Shown: positions 28,445 through 37,722 of the stretch, piece after piece
Layout of the letters: every line of letters starts with the position of its first letter
How positions within the stretch are numbered: the first letter of the stretch is position 1
Assembly: GCA_965221775.1 (NCBI GenBank)
Contig: CBDCSU010000004.1
Coordinates: forward strand, 32,001-96,000
Source: Candidatus Latescibacterota bacterium
GTDB lineage: Bacteria; Latescibacterota; UBA2968; UBA8231
Direction of reading: 5' to 3'
DNA: 64,000 nt
Program-made: the position numbers and the translations under genes
The notes under the pieces: generated by a model
The model's database searches: none
Seen by the model: the letters and a program-made list of their open reading frames with translations, nothing else
Told to the model about the DNA's origin: nothing

Positions 28445-29347
28445 ATGGCGACCGATCCCCTGGATACGCGCATCCGCCAGCAGGCATTCGACTGGCTCGC
28501 GGAGCAGGTCGAGGTCCACGGCGACGTGCTGCCGCACCGACTGCTCGTCGGAGGCTTCGAGTGCGAGGGCCGGCGAATCTATCTGCTGGGGCGCAAGGGT
28601 ATCTTCAAGCCCCGGGACCTGAGGCTCCCCTTGTCCATCACCACCTCGCCGTCGAGGCAGTACAAGGACCGCTTCTCCAGAGGGTTGCTGCACTACAAGT
28701 ACCGCGGCACCGACCCGTCCCATCCCGACAACGAGGGCCTTCGCCGGGCCATGGTCGAGCGCGTGCCCCTGGTCTACTTCCACGGCATCGTCAAGGGGAG
28801 GTACGTGGCGGCCTGGCCGGTCTTCATCGTCCACGCCAACCCCGCCGACCTGACCTTCCACGTGGCCGTCGACCACGTCGGCACGCTCGACCTCGGCACG
28901 GCCGACGGGGTCGCCGACCCCGGCGAGGAGGGCCGCCGTCTGTGGGTGACGCGGGAGTTCCGCCAGCGGCTGCGCCAGCAAGGATTCCGGCAACTGGTGC
29001 TGCGCGCCTACCGCGGCCAGTGCAGTCTCTGCCGGCTGCGCCACGAGGAGCTGCTCGACGCCGCCCATATCACCCCCTACGGAGGCGGCGGCGAGCAGGA
29101 GGTGAGCAACGGCCTCGCCCTCTGCAAGCTGCACCACGCCGCCTTCGACCGGCACTTCGTCGGCATCCGGGCCGACTACCGGGTCGAGGTGCGGGCCGAC
29201 ATCCGCGGCGAGTCCGACGGCCCCATGCTGCGCCACGGGCTCCAGGGCCTGCACGGGCAGCGGATCCAGCTGCCGCGCCCGTCCGAGTGGAGGCCCGACC
29301 CGGAGCGGCTGGCGCGGCGCTACGAGCGCTTCCGCGAGGCGGGGTGA
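28445..29347 (+). CDS. HNH endonuclease with SRA/PUA-like N-terminal domain (putative modification-dependent restriction enzyme)
   Basis: CSLC..LLDAAHI..NGLALCKLHHAAFD HNH; YKYRGTDPSHPDNEGLRRAM..PLVYF N-domain. Confidence 0.8.
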   Translation: MATDPLDTRIRQQAFDWLAEQVEVHGDVLPHRLLVGGFECEGRRIYLLGRKGIFKPRDLRLPLSITTSPSRQYKDRFSRGLLHYKYRGTDPSHPDNEGLRRAMVERVPLVYFHGIVKGRYVAAWPVFIVHANPADLTFHVAVDHVGTLDLGTADGVADPGEEGRRLWVTREFRQRLRQQGFRQLVLRAYRGQCSLCRLRHEELLDAAHITPYGGGGEQEVSNGLALCKLHHAAFDRHFVGIRADYRVEVRADIRGESDGPMLRHGLQGLHGQRIQLPRPSEWRPDPERLARRYERFREAG

Positions 29348-29454
29348 GGACTGGTGGGCCGCTGAGGTCCTCTCCAGGGAGTGCAAGACCCGGGCCGTGA
29401 CGACCGCGCCGGGGATGAGGGGCGGGACCTGCAAGGGGGCTGCTCGGCAGGTCT

Positions 29455-29562
29455 TGCGGGGCGGATGGCGGCGGCGGGAGCGAGGCCCTGCAGCAGTCCC
29501 TCGACCTTGCGATTCGCTCGTCCAGGTGGGTCTCAACGCCGGAGACTCTCTCGCTCAGCCCC
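29455..29562 (-). pseudogene. frameshifted, 5'-truncated remnant of a small coiled-coil protein
   Basis: minus strand GLSERVSGVETHLDERIA then, after a one-base shift, KVEGLLQGLAPAAAIR; cut at the edge of the duplicated permease unit. Confidence 0.4.
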
Positions 29563-29566
29563 TCTG

Positions 29567-29601
29567 TTGACACTGTCCATCCCGCCTGGCATCCTGACGC
29601 C
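29567..29601 (+). promoter_or_regulatory. sigma70 promoter, probably leaderless transcript
   Basis: TTGACA-N17-CATCCT-N6-ATG with no SD; same layout upstream of the paralog at 34495. Confidence 0.6.
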
Positions 29602-31161
29602 ATGCTCCTCGCCCTGACCCGCAAAGAGCTGCTCACCAACCTGCTCACCGCCCGTCTGGGTCTGATCCTGGTCTTCGCGGTGCTGCTCTGCGGGCTGGCG
29701 GCCCTGGCGGGCAGCCTCGACTTCTCGCAGCGGGTGCAGGACTACGAGGAGGAGGTGCGGCGGGTCGAGGAGCAGCTCGAGGAGGCGACGATCTACTCCG
29801 AGGTCCGGCCTCACGTCGTCGCCCCGCCGGAGCCGCTGTCGATCTTCAGCCGCGGCGTCGACAAGGGCGCCGGCCAGCGCCTGAGCATCCTGGTGCACTG
29901 GGTCGGATCCGGCTTGGTGCGCCTCGGCAGCGCCGACAACAACCTCATGAAGCGTTACGTCGAGATCGACTTCGCCACCGTCGTCCGGCTGCTCCTGAGC
30001 TTCATGGCCGTCATCCTCGGCTTCGACGCCATCTGCGGCGACCGCGAGCGGGGCACCCTGCGGCTGATGCTGGCCAACCCCGTCTCCCGGGGCGCCGTCG
30101 TAGGGGGCAAGCTCCTTGGGGGAGCCCTGACCCTGTGCGGGGCCATGGCCGCGGCCTTCCTGTTCTCGCTGCTCATCCTCTCCTTCAACCCGGACATCGC
30201 CTTCTCCGGCGCCGAGTGGATGCGGCTGGCGCTGCTCCTCGCCCTCAGCTGCCTCTTCCTGGTGCAGGTCTTCGCCATGAGCCTGGCGGTCTCCGCCTTC
30301 GTGCGCGGCTCGGCCACCTCCCTCATGCTCTGCCTCTTCGGCTGGCTGATCCTGAACCTGGGCTATGGGAACGTGCTGCCCTCCCTGAGCCGCTACGGCG
30401 TGCAGGAGCACACCTACCAGGACTTCCTCAACCAGAACAGCGAGGTGTGGGACGAGTACGGGCGCGAGATGGAGGAGTGGAAGAGCAGGAACCCGCCCCC
30501 GCCCGAGGTCTACCTGCGCGACATCAGGACCGGCCCCCGGAGACGGTACGGCCATCCCACCGGCTACGACTGGCTGGCGCGCTACAGCGCCCAGGCCCTG
30601 GAGCACCAGCTCGAGAACTCGCGCCGGATCAACCAGCTCCAGCAGGCCAACTCCGCCCCCCTGGCGCGCGAGGCCGCCCTGGTCGACGACTGGTCGATCC
30701 TGTCGCCCTTCACCAACTACCAGGTCCTCACCAAGCAGCTGGCCCGCACGACGCTGGACCACAAGTTCCGGCTGCGCGAGGCCGGCTACCGCTACCGCGC
30801 CACCTTCATCGACTTCCTGCGGGGGCGCGGCGCCTTCGCCAGCCGCCGCTGGTTCACCGACGATCCGCCCGGGCAGGAGCCCCTGCTGCCCGACCCGGAG
30901 GCCCTGACGCCGGAGGAGCTGGCCGCCGACAGCCCCTTCATGAAGGAGCGCATGGCCTGGGTCAAGCAGCAGGAGGCGATCGCCGCCCGGCAGGGGCGCC
31001 GCCTCGACCTGTCCGACCTGCCGGCCTTCGACCCGGGGTGGCGGGAACCCCTCTCGGCGACCCTGCGGCACATGACCCCGGGCCTGCTGGTGATGGTCCT
31101 GACCACGGCGGCGGCGGTGATGCTCGCGGTCTTCCGCTTCCTCCGCTACGCCCCGAGCTGA
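29602..31161 (+). CDS. ABC-2 type exporter permease with large extracytoplasmic loops (copy A)
   Basis: RKELL N-terminus, GFDAICGDRERGTLRLMLANPVSR, multiple TMs, FRFLRY C-terminus. Confidence 0.85.
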   Translation: MLLALTRKELLTNLLTARLGLILVFAVLLCGLAALAGSLDFSQRVQDYEEEVRRVEEQLEEATIYSEVRPHVVAPPEPLSIFSRGVDKGAGQRLSILVHWVGSGLVRLGSADNNLMKRYVEIDFATVVRLLLSFMAVILGFDAICGDRERGTLRLMLANPVSRGAVVGGKLLGGALTLCGAMAAAFLFSLLILSFNPDIAFSGAEWMRLALLLALSCLFLVQVFAMSLAVSAFVRGSATSLMLCLFGWLILNLGYGNVLPSLSRYGVQEHTYQDFLNQNSEVWDEYGREMEEWKSRNPPPPEVYLRDIRTGPRRRYGHPTGYDWLARYSAQALEHQLENSRRINQLQQANSAPLAREAALVDDWSILSPFTNYQVLTKQLARTTLDHKFRLREAGYRYRATFIDFLRGRGAFASRRWFTDDPPGQEPLLPDPEALTPEELAADSPFMKERMAWVKQQEAIAARQGRRLDLSDLPAFDPGWREPLSATLRHMTPGLLVMVLTTAAAVMLAVFRFLRYAPS

Positions 31162-31530
31162 GGGGTTCGAGAGCTACTGCCGGCCCTGGCAGAGATCGCT
31201 GCACGAAGACGGCCGGCCGACCGGCCTGCAGGACCGGACCGCGGCCGTGTTCCCGCCGACAGAATGCCTGCCTGGGAATCCCTGGGAACGGAGGCGAGGA
31301 TCGCCCCCCGGGGAGGACCGCCCCCCTGGCCCTGTGGGCACGATGGGGGGGCGGTCCGACCATGCGAGGAGCCCTTACGCATGGCTTGGGAGGCCTCCCG
31401 TGGTCAAGCTCCCGGTCAGGATGAACCTTCGCAAGGGCGCTGCCCGGCCCCCGGCATCTGACGGACCGAAGCGAACCAGAAGCCTTCCGGGCGCCTCCCC
31501 CGGGGCGGAGGGTTCAGCGCCGTGTCCCCG

Positions 31531-32928
31531 CTACTCCCGGTCCACCGCGGGAGCGCGGCGGAAGGCCCACAGGCAGATCAGGAAGGCGGCGGCCGTTTCC
31601 ACCAGCAGGATGGAGATGGGCAGGTAGCTGCCGGCCACCGCCGAAGCCAGGGAGACCCGCACGCCGCCGAAGCGGGGGATGTCGCGGTGGTCGAGGGGGC
31701 GCTGGGAGACGTACTCGGGCAGGAAGAGGATGTGGGGCGAGTCGCGGTCGGCGGCGTCCAGGTCGCGGACGTAGCCGCGCAGGGTGCGCACGTACTCCTG
31801 GGCCGCCTTGACGAAGGCCCTGTAGCGCACCAGGCCGGTGCCCAGGAGCGCCTCCGCCGTGCCCTGGAAGGCGTACCCCGGAGAGATCAGCGACAGACCG
31901 CGGGTGACCTCGAACTGGCGGACCTCGCGCAGGCGGGCCTCCTCGTAGAGTTGGCGTTGTTCCTTCTCGGCCTCGTTGAGGCGCCGGGCGACCTCGCGCT
32001 CCACGGCGTAGTCGTCGACGGCGCCTTCCTCGCGCCCCCTCGGGGTCAGGCCCTCCAGGGACAGGTTGTCCCGGACCTCGCCCCAGTAGTCCCACACCCG
32101 GTTCCAGTCGGGCGCGGCCACGGCCCGGGCCCCCGCCAGGTAAGCGGCCTGGGGGATGACCACCACCAGGGCCGCCCAGATCACCATGAGCGTCACCAGG
32201 GCCGAAGCCGAGGTGCGGGCCCGGGCCGAGACGGCCATGGCCAGCAGCAGGAAGAAGGCGGCGTAGCAGAGGGTGCCCAGGAGGAACAGGGCCAGGGGGG
32301 CCAGGAGCTGGAGGTTGAGCTGCACCCCGCCCTGCAGCGCCAGGACGACGAGGCTCAGCGCCGCGCTCACGAGGACCGCGGCCAGCAGCGCCGCGAGGTG
32401 GGCCCCCAACTTGGCGGCCAGGATCCGGGCCCGGGAGATCGGGTGGATGAGCAGCAGGGCCAGGGTGCCCCGCTCGCGCTCGCCGGAGAGAGTGTCATAG
32501 GCCAGGGCGATGGCCAGGAAGGAGACGGCGATGCGCACGATGAGGGCCCAGTCGACGATCTCGAAGCGGTCCATCCAGTGGTTGACGGCCACCACCCGGC
32601 CGGTGCGGGCGATCCCGTCTCCGGAGGCGACGTCGAGGTAGACCGTGTCGGAGCTCCAGTCCTCCCCTCCCTCGACCATGAAACCGGTCTCCAGGGGCCG
32701 CATGTGGATGCGGTACGAGGTGTCGAGCAGCTTGCCCAGGTCCGAGACCCCGTCGAAGCGGCGGGCGCTCTCGGCCTCGACGCGGCCGACCTCGTCCACC
32801 AGGCGCTCCGCCTTCCAGCCGTAGACCAGGCCGTTGGCGGCGAAGAAGGCGACGAGCAGCACCAGGCTGAGCTGGAAGCGCAGCGACTTCAGGTGGTCTT
32901 GGAGCTGATGGAGGAAGATCTCGAGCAT
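31531..32928 (-). CDS. ABC-2 type permease (partner subunit, distant paralog)
   Basis: AYDTLSGERERGTLALLLIHPISR; follows copy B by 7 bp. Confidence 0.85.
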   Translation of the reverse strand: MLEIFLHQLQDHLKSLRFQLSLVLLVAFFAANGLVYGWKAERLVDEVGRVEAESARRFDGVSDLGKLLDTSYRIHMRPLETGFMVEGGEDWSSDTVYLDVASGDGIARTGRVVAVNHWMDRFEIVDWALIVRIAVSFLAIALAYDTLSGERERGTLALLLIHPISRARILAAKLGAHLAALLAAVLVSAALSLVVLALQGGVQLNLQLLAPLALFLLGTLCYAAFFLLLAMAVSARARTSASALVTLMVIWAALVVVIPQAAYLAGARAVAAPDWNRVWDYWGEVRDNLSLEGLTPRGREEGAVDDYAVEREVARRLNEAEKEQRQLYEEARLREVRQFEVTRGLSLISPGYAFQGTAEALLGTGLVRYRAFVKAAQEYVRTLRGYVRDLDAADRDSPHILFLPEYVSQRPLDHRDIPRFGGVRVSLASAVAGSYLPISILLVETAAAFLICLWAFRRAPAVDRE

Positions 32929-32935
32929 CGAAGCC

Positions 32936-34495
32936 TCAGCTCGGGTCGTAGCGGAGGAAGCGGAAGACGGCGAGCATCACCGCCGCCGCCGTGGTCAGCA
33001 CCATCACCAGCAGGCCCGGGGTCATGTGCAGCAGGGTCGCCGAGAGGGGCTCGCGCCAGCCCGGGTCGAAGGCCGGCAGGTCGGACAGGTCGAGGCGGCG
33101 GCCCTGGCGGGCGGCGACCACCTCCTGCTGCTTGACCCAGGCCATGCGCTGCTTCATGAAGGGGCTGTCGGCGGCCAGCTCCTCCGGCGCCAGGGCCTCC
33201 GGGTCGGGCAGCAGGGGCTCCTGCCCGGGCGGATCGTCGCTGAACCAGCGGCGGCTGGCGAAGGCGCCGCGCCCGCGCAGGAAGTCGACGAAGGTGGCGC
33301 GGTAGCGGTAGCCGGCCTCGCGCAGCCGGAACTTGTGGGCCAGGGTGGTGCGGGCCAGCTGCTTGGTGAGGACCTGGTAGTTGGTGAAGGGCGACAGGAT
33401 CGACCAGTCGTCGACCAGGGTCGCCTCGCGCGCCAGGGGCGCGTAGTTGGCCTGCTGGAGCTGGTTGATCCGGTGCGAGGCGTCGAGCTGGCCCTCCAGG
33501 TCGCGGGCGTTGCGGCGCTGGCGCCAGGCGTAGCCCCGCGGATGGCCGTAGCGGCTGCGGGCGCCGGTGGTGATGTCGCGCAGGTAGACCTCGGGCGGAG
33601 GCGGGTTCTTGCTCTCCCACTCGTCCATCTCGCGCCGGTGCTCGGTCCGCACCTGGCGGTTCTGGTTGAGGAAGTCCTGGAAGGTGTGCTCCTCCACGCC
33701 GTAGCGGCTCAGGGAGGGCAGCATGTTGCCGTAGCCCAGGTTGAGGGTCAGCCAGCCGAAGAGGCAGAGCATGAGGGAGGTGGCCGAGCCGCGCACGAAG
33801 GCGGAGACCGCCAGGCTCATGGCGAAGACCTGCACCAGGAAGAGGCAGCTGGTGCCGAAGAGGACGGCCAGCCGCACCCACTCCGCGCCGGAGAAGGCGA
33901 TGTCCGGGTTGAAGGAGAGGATGAGCAGCGAGAACAGGAAGGCCACGGCCATGGCCCCGCACAGGGAGATGGCTCCCCCCAGCAACTTGCCCCCCACCAC
34001 GGCGCCCCGGGAGACGGGGTTGGCCAGCATCAGCCGCAGGGTGCCCCGCTCACGGTCGCCGCAGATGGCGTCGAAGCCGAGGATGACGGCCATGAAGCTC
34101 AGGAGCAGCCGCACCACGGTGGCGAAGTCGATCTCGACGAACCGCTTCATGAGCCGGTTGTCGGCGCTGCCGAGGCGGCCCATGCTGGCGCCGATCCAGT
34201 TCACCTGGATGCTCAGGCGCTGGCCGGCGCCCTTGTCGACGCCACGGCTGAAGATCGACAGCGGCTCGGGCGGGCCGACGACGTGGGGCCGGACCTCGGC
34301 GTAGATCGTCGCCTCCTCGAGCCCCTGGTCGACCCGCCGCACCTCCTCCTCGTAGTCCTGCACCCGCTGCGAGAAGTCGAGGCTGCCCGCCAGGGCCGCC
34401 AGCCCGCAGAGCAGCACCGCGAAGACCAGGATCAGACCCAGACGGGCGGTGAGCAGGTTGGTGAGCAGCTCTTTGCGGGTCAGGGCCAGGAGCAT
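32936..34495 (-). CDS. ABC-2 type permease (copy B, inverted duplicate of 29602-31161)
   Basis: same 519-aa length and colinear sequence as copy A; start trimmed to MLLALT. Confidence 0.88.
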   Translation of the reverse strand: MLLALTRKELLTNLLTARLGLILVFAVLLCGLAALAGSLDFSQRVQDYEEEVRRVDQGLEEATIYAEVRPHVVGPPEPLSIFSRGVDKGAGQRLSIQVNWIGASMGRLGSADNRLMKRFVEIDFATVVRLLLSFMAVILGFDAICGDRERGTLRLMLANPVSRGAVVGGKLLGGAISLCGAMAVAFLFSLLILSFNPDIAFSGAEWVRLAVLFGTSCLFLVQVFAMSLAVSAFVRGSATSLMLCLFGWLTLNLGYGNMLPSLSRYGVEEHTFQDFLNQNRQVRTEHRREMDEWESKNPPPPEVYLRDITTGARSRYGHPRGYAWRQRRNARDLEGQLDASHRINQLQQANYAPLAREATLVDDWSILSPFTNYQVLTKQLARTTLAHKFRLREAGYRYRATFVDFLRGRGAFASRRWFSDDPPGQEPLLPDPEALAPEELAADSPFMKQRMAWVKQQEVVAARQGRRLDLSDLPAFDPGWREPLSATLLHMTPGLLVMVLTTAAAVMLAVFRFLRYDPS

Positions 34496-34530
34496 GATGT
34501 CAGGATCGAGAGGAAGGGGAACAGTGTCAA
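34496..34530 (-). promoter_or_regulatory. sigma70 promoter, probably leaderless transcript
   Basis: minus strand TTGACA-N17-GATCCT-N6-ATG. Confidence 0.55.
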
Positions 34531-34649
34531 CAGAAGTGCGCGGGCCCGGCGGCGGCACCCGGACGCGGGGCCGCCATCGACGTTCCGCTTCGCCCCGGAG
34601 GACCGGTCCAGCGCGCGATGTGTGCAGTCCCGCGGCCGCTCACACCATC

Positions 34650-34686
34650 TTGACACTGTTCAACCGGGCTCGAAATCTTCGAGCCC
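34650..34686 (+). promoter_or_regulatory. promoter with overlapping palindromic operator
   Basis: TTGACACTGTTC at 34650; perfect 9-bp inverted repeat GGGCTCGAA-atc-TTCGAGCCC (34666-34686) abutting ATG 34687. Confidence 0.55.
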
Positions 34687-34830
34687 ATGCCCGACTGGAC
34701 CGGATACTCCAACATCGTCTGCATCTGGGCCTTCGCCGCTCTCGGGGCCATGGGGACCCGGTACGGTGATGGCGGCCGGGAGGGTGCCCGCTACTGGTGG
34801 GAAGAGGAGTCCACGGGCCCATCACTCTGA
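34687..34830 (+). CDS. unannotated 47-aa peptide MPDWTGYSNIVCIWAFAALGAMGTRYGDGGREGARYWWEEESTGPSL
   Basis: below the ORF-track cutoff; GC3-biased codons; stop TGA merges with the GAGGAG RBS of the next gene. Confidence 0.55.
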   Translation: MPDWTGYSNIVCIWAFAALGAMGTRYGDGGREGARYWWEEESTGPSL

Positions 34831-34840
34831 GGAGATCACC

Positions 34841-35848
34841 ATGCTGACCGTCGGACCCGGTCCCGATCCCTACTTCGCCTACAAGATCCATCATGTCGAC
34901 CGGGCGCGGACCGCCTGGGTCCTCTCCGAGGAGTTCGGCCTCTACGAGGCGCTGCGCGACGGCCCGGCCACGATCGCGGAGGTCGGCCGGCGGACCGGCC
35001 TTCAGGAGCGCCCCGCGGCGGTGCTCCTGGCAGCCAATGCCAGCCTCGGCATTCTCGGAACGGAGGACGACCGGTACTACATTTTCGAGATCATGCGCGA
35101 AATGGTCTTGGAGGGAGGCCGCGCCCGAACGGTGCCCAGGGCCCCGGACCCGGAGACGGACTGGTGGTACCGGATCATGAAGCAGGCCTTGCGCACCAAC
35201 GCCCCGGTGCCGGAGGCCCTGCCCGACTGGGTGACCAATCCCAAGGGCGATGAAGACAGCACCGCCTTTGCCCCGGACCGCCACGGCTGGCGAGTGCTGT
35301 GGGGCCACGCCCTGGCCGAGGCCTTCGACTTTCGCCCCTTCCACACCGTGGCGGATCTGGGCGCCGCCACCGGCGGGGTGCTCGTCGGTCTGACCGAGCG
35401 CTGCCCGCACCTGCAGGGCATCGTCGTCGACCTGCCCTTCAGCCGCAAGACGGCCGAAGCCGCCATCCGCCAGAGCGAGGCCCGGGAGCGGGTCCGCTTT
35501 CACGCCGCCGACTTCTTCCGCGATCCCTTCCCCGAGGGGATCGACGTGTTCTTCATGTCCCACGTGATCCACGACTGGGACGCCGAGCACTGCATCCGGC
35601 TGCTGCGCCGGTGTCACGAGGCGCTGCCCGCCGGCTCGCCGGTGCTGGTGCAGGAGTACCTGCTCAACGACGACAAGAGCGCCGGCCTGATCGCGGTCTT
35701 TCAGTGGTTCGGTCTGATGTTCGGCACCATCGGCGACCAGCGCACGGGGCCCGAGATCGAGGCGCTGATGGCGGAGGCCGGCTTCGGCGAGACCGAGTGC
35801 CGCCGCCTCGACCACGAGCAGGGGATCGTCATCGGCTGGAAGCGGTAG
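34841..35848 (+). CDS. SAM-dependent O-methyltransferase (Methyltransf_2 with N-terminal dimerisation wHTH)
   Basis: VADLGAATG, VVDLP, ADFFRDPFP, SHVIHDW; GAGGAG RBS. Confidence 0.9.
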   Translation: MLTVGPGPDPYFAYKIHHVDRARTAWVLSEEFGLYEALRDGPATIAEVGRRTGLQERPAAVLLAANASLGILGTEDDRYYIFEIMREMVLEGGRARTVPRAPDPETDWWYRIMKQALRTNAPVPEALPDWVTNPKGDEDSTAFAPDRHGWRVLWGHALAEAFDFRPFHTVADLGAATGGVLVGLTERCPHLQGIVVDLPFSRKTAEAAIRQSEARERVRFHAADFFRDPFPEGIDVFFMSHVIHDWDAEHCIRLLRRCHEALPAGSPVLVQEYLLNDDKSAGLIAVFQWFGLMFGTIGDQRTGPEIEALMAEAGFGETECRRLDHEQGIVIGWKR

Positions 35849-35855
35849 CGAACTC

Positions 35856-36860
35856 GTGATACAGATCGAGGGGCTCGAGAAGCGGTTCGCCCGGAACGTG
35901 GGGCATCCCGCTCTGTGGCGCCGGATTCTCGGGCGCTATCGGACCGTGCCGGTCGTCGCCATCGACGGCCTCGACCTGCACGTGGAGCAGGGCCGGTTCT
36001 TCAGCCTCCTGGGACCCAACGGCGCGGGCAAGACCAGCACGGTCAGGGTCCTGTGCACGCTGTTGCTTCCGGACGCGGGCAGCTGCCGTGTCGCCGGCTA
36101 CGACGTGGCCACCCAGCCGCGCGAGGTGCGCCGCAACATCGGCGTGTCGATCCGCGGGGAGCGCAGCGTCTACTGGAAGATCACCGGCCGCCAGAACCTG
36201 CGCTACTTCGCCGGCCTCTACGGGATGCGCGGCGAGGCGGTGCGGCGCCGGATCGGCGAGGTGACGGAGCTGGTGGGCCTGACCGGGCGCATCGACGACT
36301 ACGTGGAGCGCTACTCCATGGGCATGAAGCAGCGGCTGGCCATCGCCGTCTCGCTGCTGCACCGGCCGCCGGTGCTGCTCCTCGACGAGCCGACGATCGG
36401 CCTTGATCCCAACGGGGCCAGGGCCCTCCGGAGCCTGCTGAGAGACCTCTGCAAGGAGGAGGGCGTGACCATCTTCTACACGACCCACTACCTCCACGAG
36501 GCGGAGGAACTGTCCGATCGCCTGGCGATCATCCACGAGGGCCGCAAGGTCCTCGAAGGATCGCCCGACGAGGTGCGCAGCGCCCTTGGCGACAACCGCA
36601 TCGTCGAGGTGCAACTGGCACCCGGCGCCGAGACGTCGGTGGACTCACTCCGGAACCACGCCATGGTGCAGAGGGTGATCTCGGAGAACCGCCAGCCGAC
36701 GGTGATCACGGTGCGCCTGGAGATGAAGGAGGCGATCGAGTCGGTCGTGGAGATCGCCGCCGCCGAGGGATTCGCCAACGGGCGGGTCCTGGGCATCAGC
36801 CTCGTGCGGCCAACCCTCGAAGACGTCTTCGCCTCGGTGACCGGGGAGACCCGCCGGTGA
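35856..36860 (+). CDS. ABC exporter ATP-binding protein
   Basis: GPNGAGKTS Walker A, YSMGMKQR signature, LLLDEPT Walker B, TTH. Confidence 0.95.
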   Translation: MIQIEGLEKRFARNVGHPALWRRILGRYRTVPVVAIDGLDLHVEQGRFFSLLGPNGAGKTSTVRVLCTLLLPDAGSCRVAGYDVATQPREVRRNIGVSIRGERSVYWKITGRQNLRYFAGLYGMRGEAVRRRIGEVTELVGLTGRIDDYVERYSMGMKQRLAIAVSLLHRPPVLLLDEPTIGLDPNGARALRSLLRDLCKEEGVTIFYTTHYLHEAEELSDRLAIIHEGRKVLEGSPDEVRSALGDNRIVEVQLAPGAETSVDSLRNHAMVQRVISENRQPTVITVRLEMKEAIESVVEIAAAEGFANGRVLGISLVRPTLEDVFASVTGETRR

Positions 36861-37720
36861 GCGCGGATCGCCACGCCCTGCCCGGCCACGTGTCGTGGTA
36901 TCTCCATGACGCGGCCTCAACCGCGCAGCGCATGGTGCTGCGGATGCGGCGCTATCCCAGCTGGCTCCTCAATCTTGGACTCGGTCCGATACTGATGATC
37001 CTGCCCTTCGTCTTTCTCGGGGACACCCTCGTGGGCAAGGGCCGGCCGCTGACGGGGTCCGCCTTCGGCGACTACGACTACGGCGGTTACGTCGGTTACC
37101 TGGCCGTGCCCCTGATCGCCGTGGCCCTGTCGAACACGGTGTTCTCGTGGCTCGGCAATCTCCTGAGGATGGAGCGCCGCTCAGGTACCCTCGAGCGGGT
37201 GCTCGTGTCGGCCCAGTTCCCGTCCGCTCTCTTCCTGGGCACCGCCCTCGGCCACCTGTTCTACATGGGACTGTTCGTGGCCGCCACGGTCCTGCTGCTG
37301 CAGATCTGGATCCCCCTCGACTTCAACATCGACTATCCCGCGGCGGCGGCGGCGATCTTCCTGCATCTGGCGGTCACCTACGGACTCGCCTTCGCCCTGT
37401 CGAGCGCCCTGCTGCGGATCGCCGACAGCTGGGCGGTGCAGCTGGTGATTTCCAAGGGCGTCCTGGCCCTGCTCTCCGGCGCCACCTTCCCCATCGCGAT
37501 CTATCCCGAGTGGCTGCAGACGATCGCCCGCCTCGTGCCCTTCACCTGGGCCTTTGATCTGGAGCGCCGGTCCCTGCTGCGGGCGGAGCCCCTCGCTGAG
37601 ATGGCGCCGGACCTGGCGGTGCTGGCCGGCATGACCGTGCTCTGCTGGATCGTCGGTTTCGTCTCTCTCGGCCGGGAACTGAACGCCGCACGCCGGACCG
37701 GCGTCCTGGGGAGTTTCTGA
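36857..37720 (+). CDS. ABC-2 permease
   Basis: ERRSGTLERVL, SGATFPI..PEWLQ..PFTW; GTGA overlap. Confidence 0.9.
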   Translation: MSADRHALPGHVSWYLHDAASTAQRMVLRMRRYPSWLLNLGLGPILMILPFVFLGDTLVGKGRPLTGSAFGDYDYGGYVGYLAVPLIAVALSNTVFSWLGNLLRMERRSGTLERVLVSAQFPSALFLGTALGHLFYMGLFVAATVLLLQIWIPLDFNIDYPAAAAAIFLHLAVTYGLAFALSSALLRIADSWAVQLVISKGVLALLSGATFPIAIYPEWLQTIARLVPFTWAFDLERRSLLRAEPLAEMAPDLAVLAGMTVLCWIVGFVSLGRELNAARRTGVLGSF

Positions 37721-37722
37721 GG

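Noticed and set aside
31170-31250. IS30-like transposase fragment (YCRPWQRSLHE)
   Set aside because: Similarity is limited to PWQR; too short to support
26111-34495. Diversity-generating retroelement behind the near-identical gene pairs
   Set aside because: No reverse transcriptase; differences are not adenine-specific and both copies are full genes
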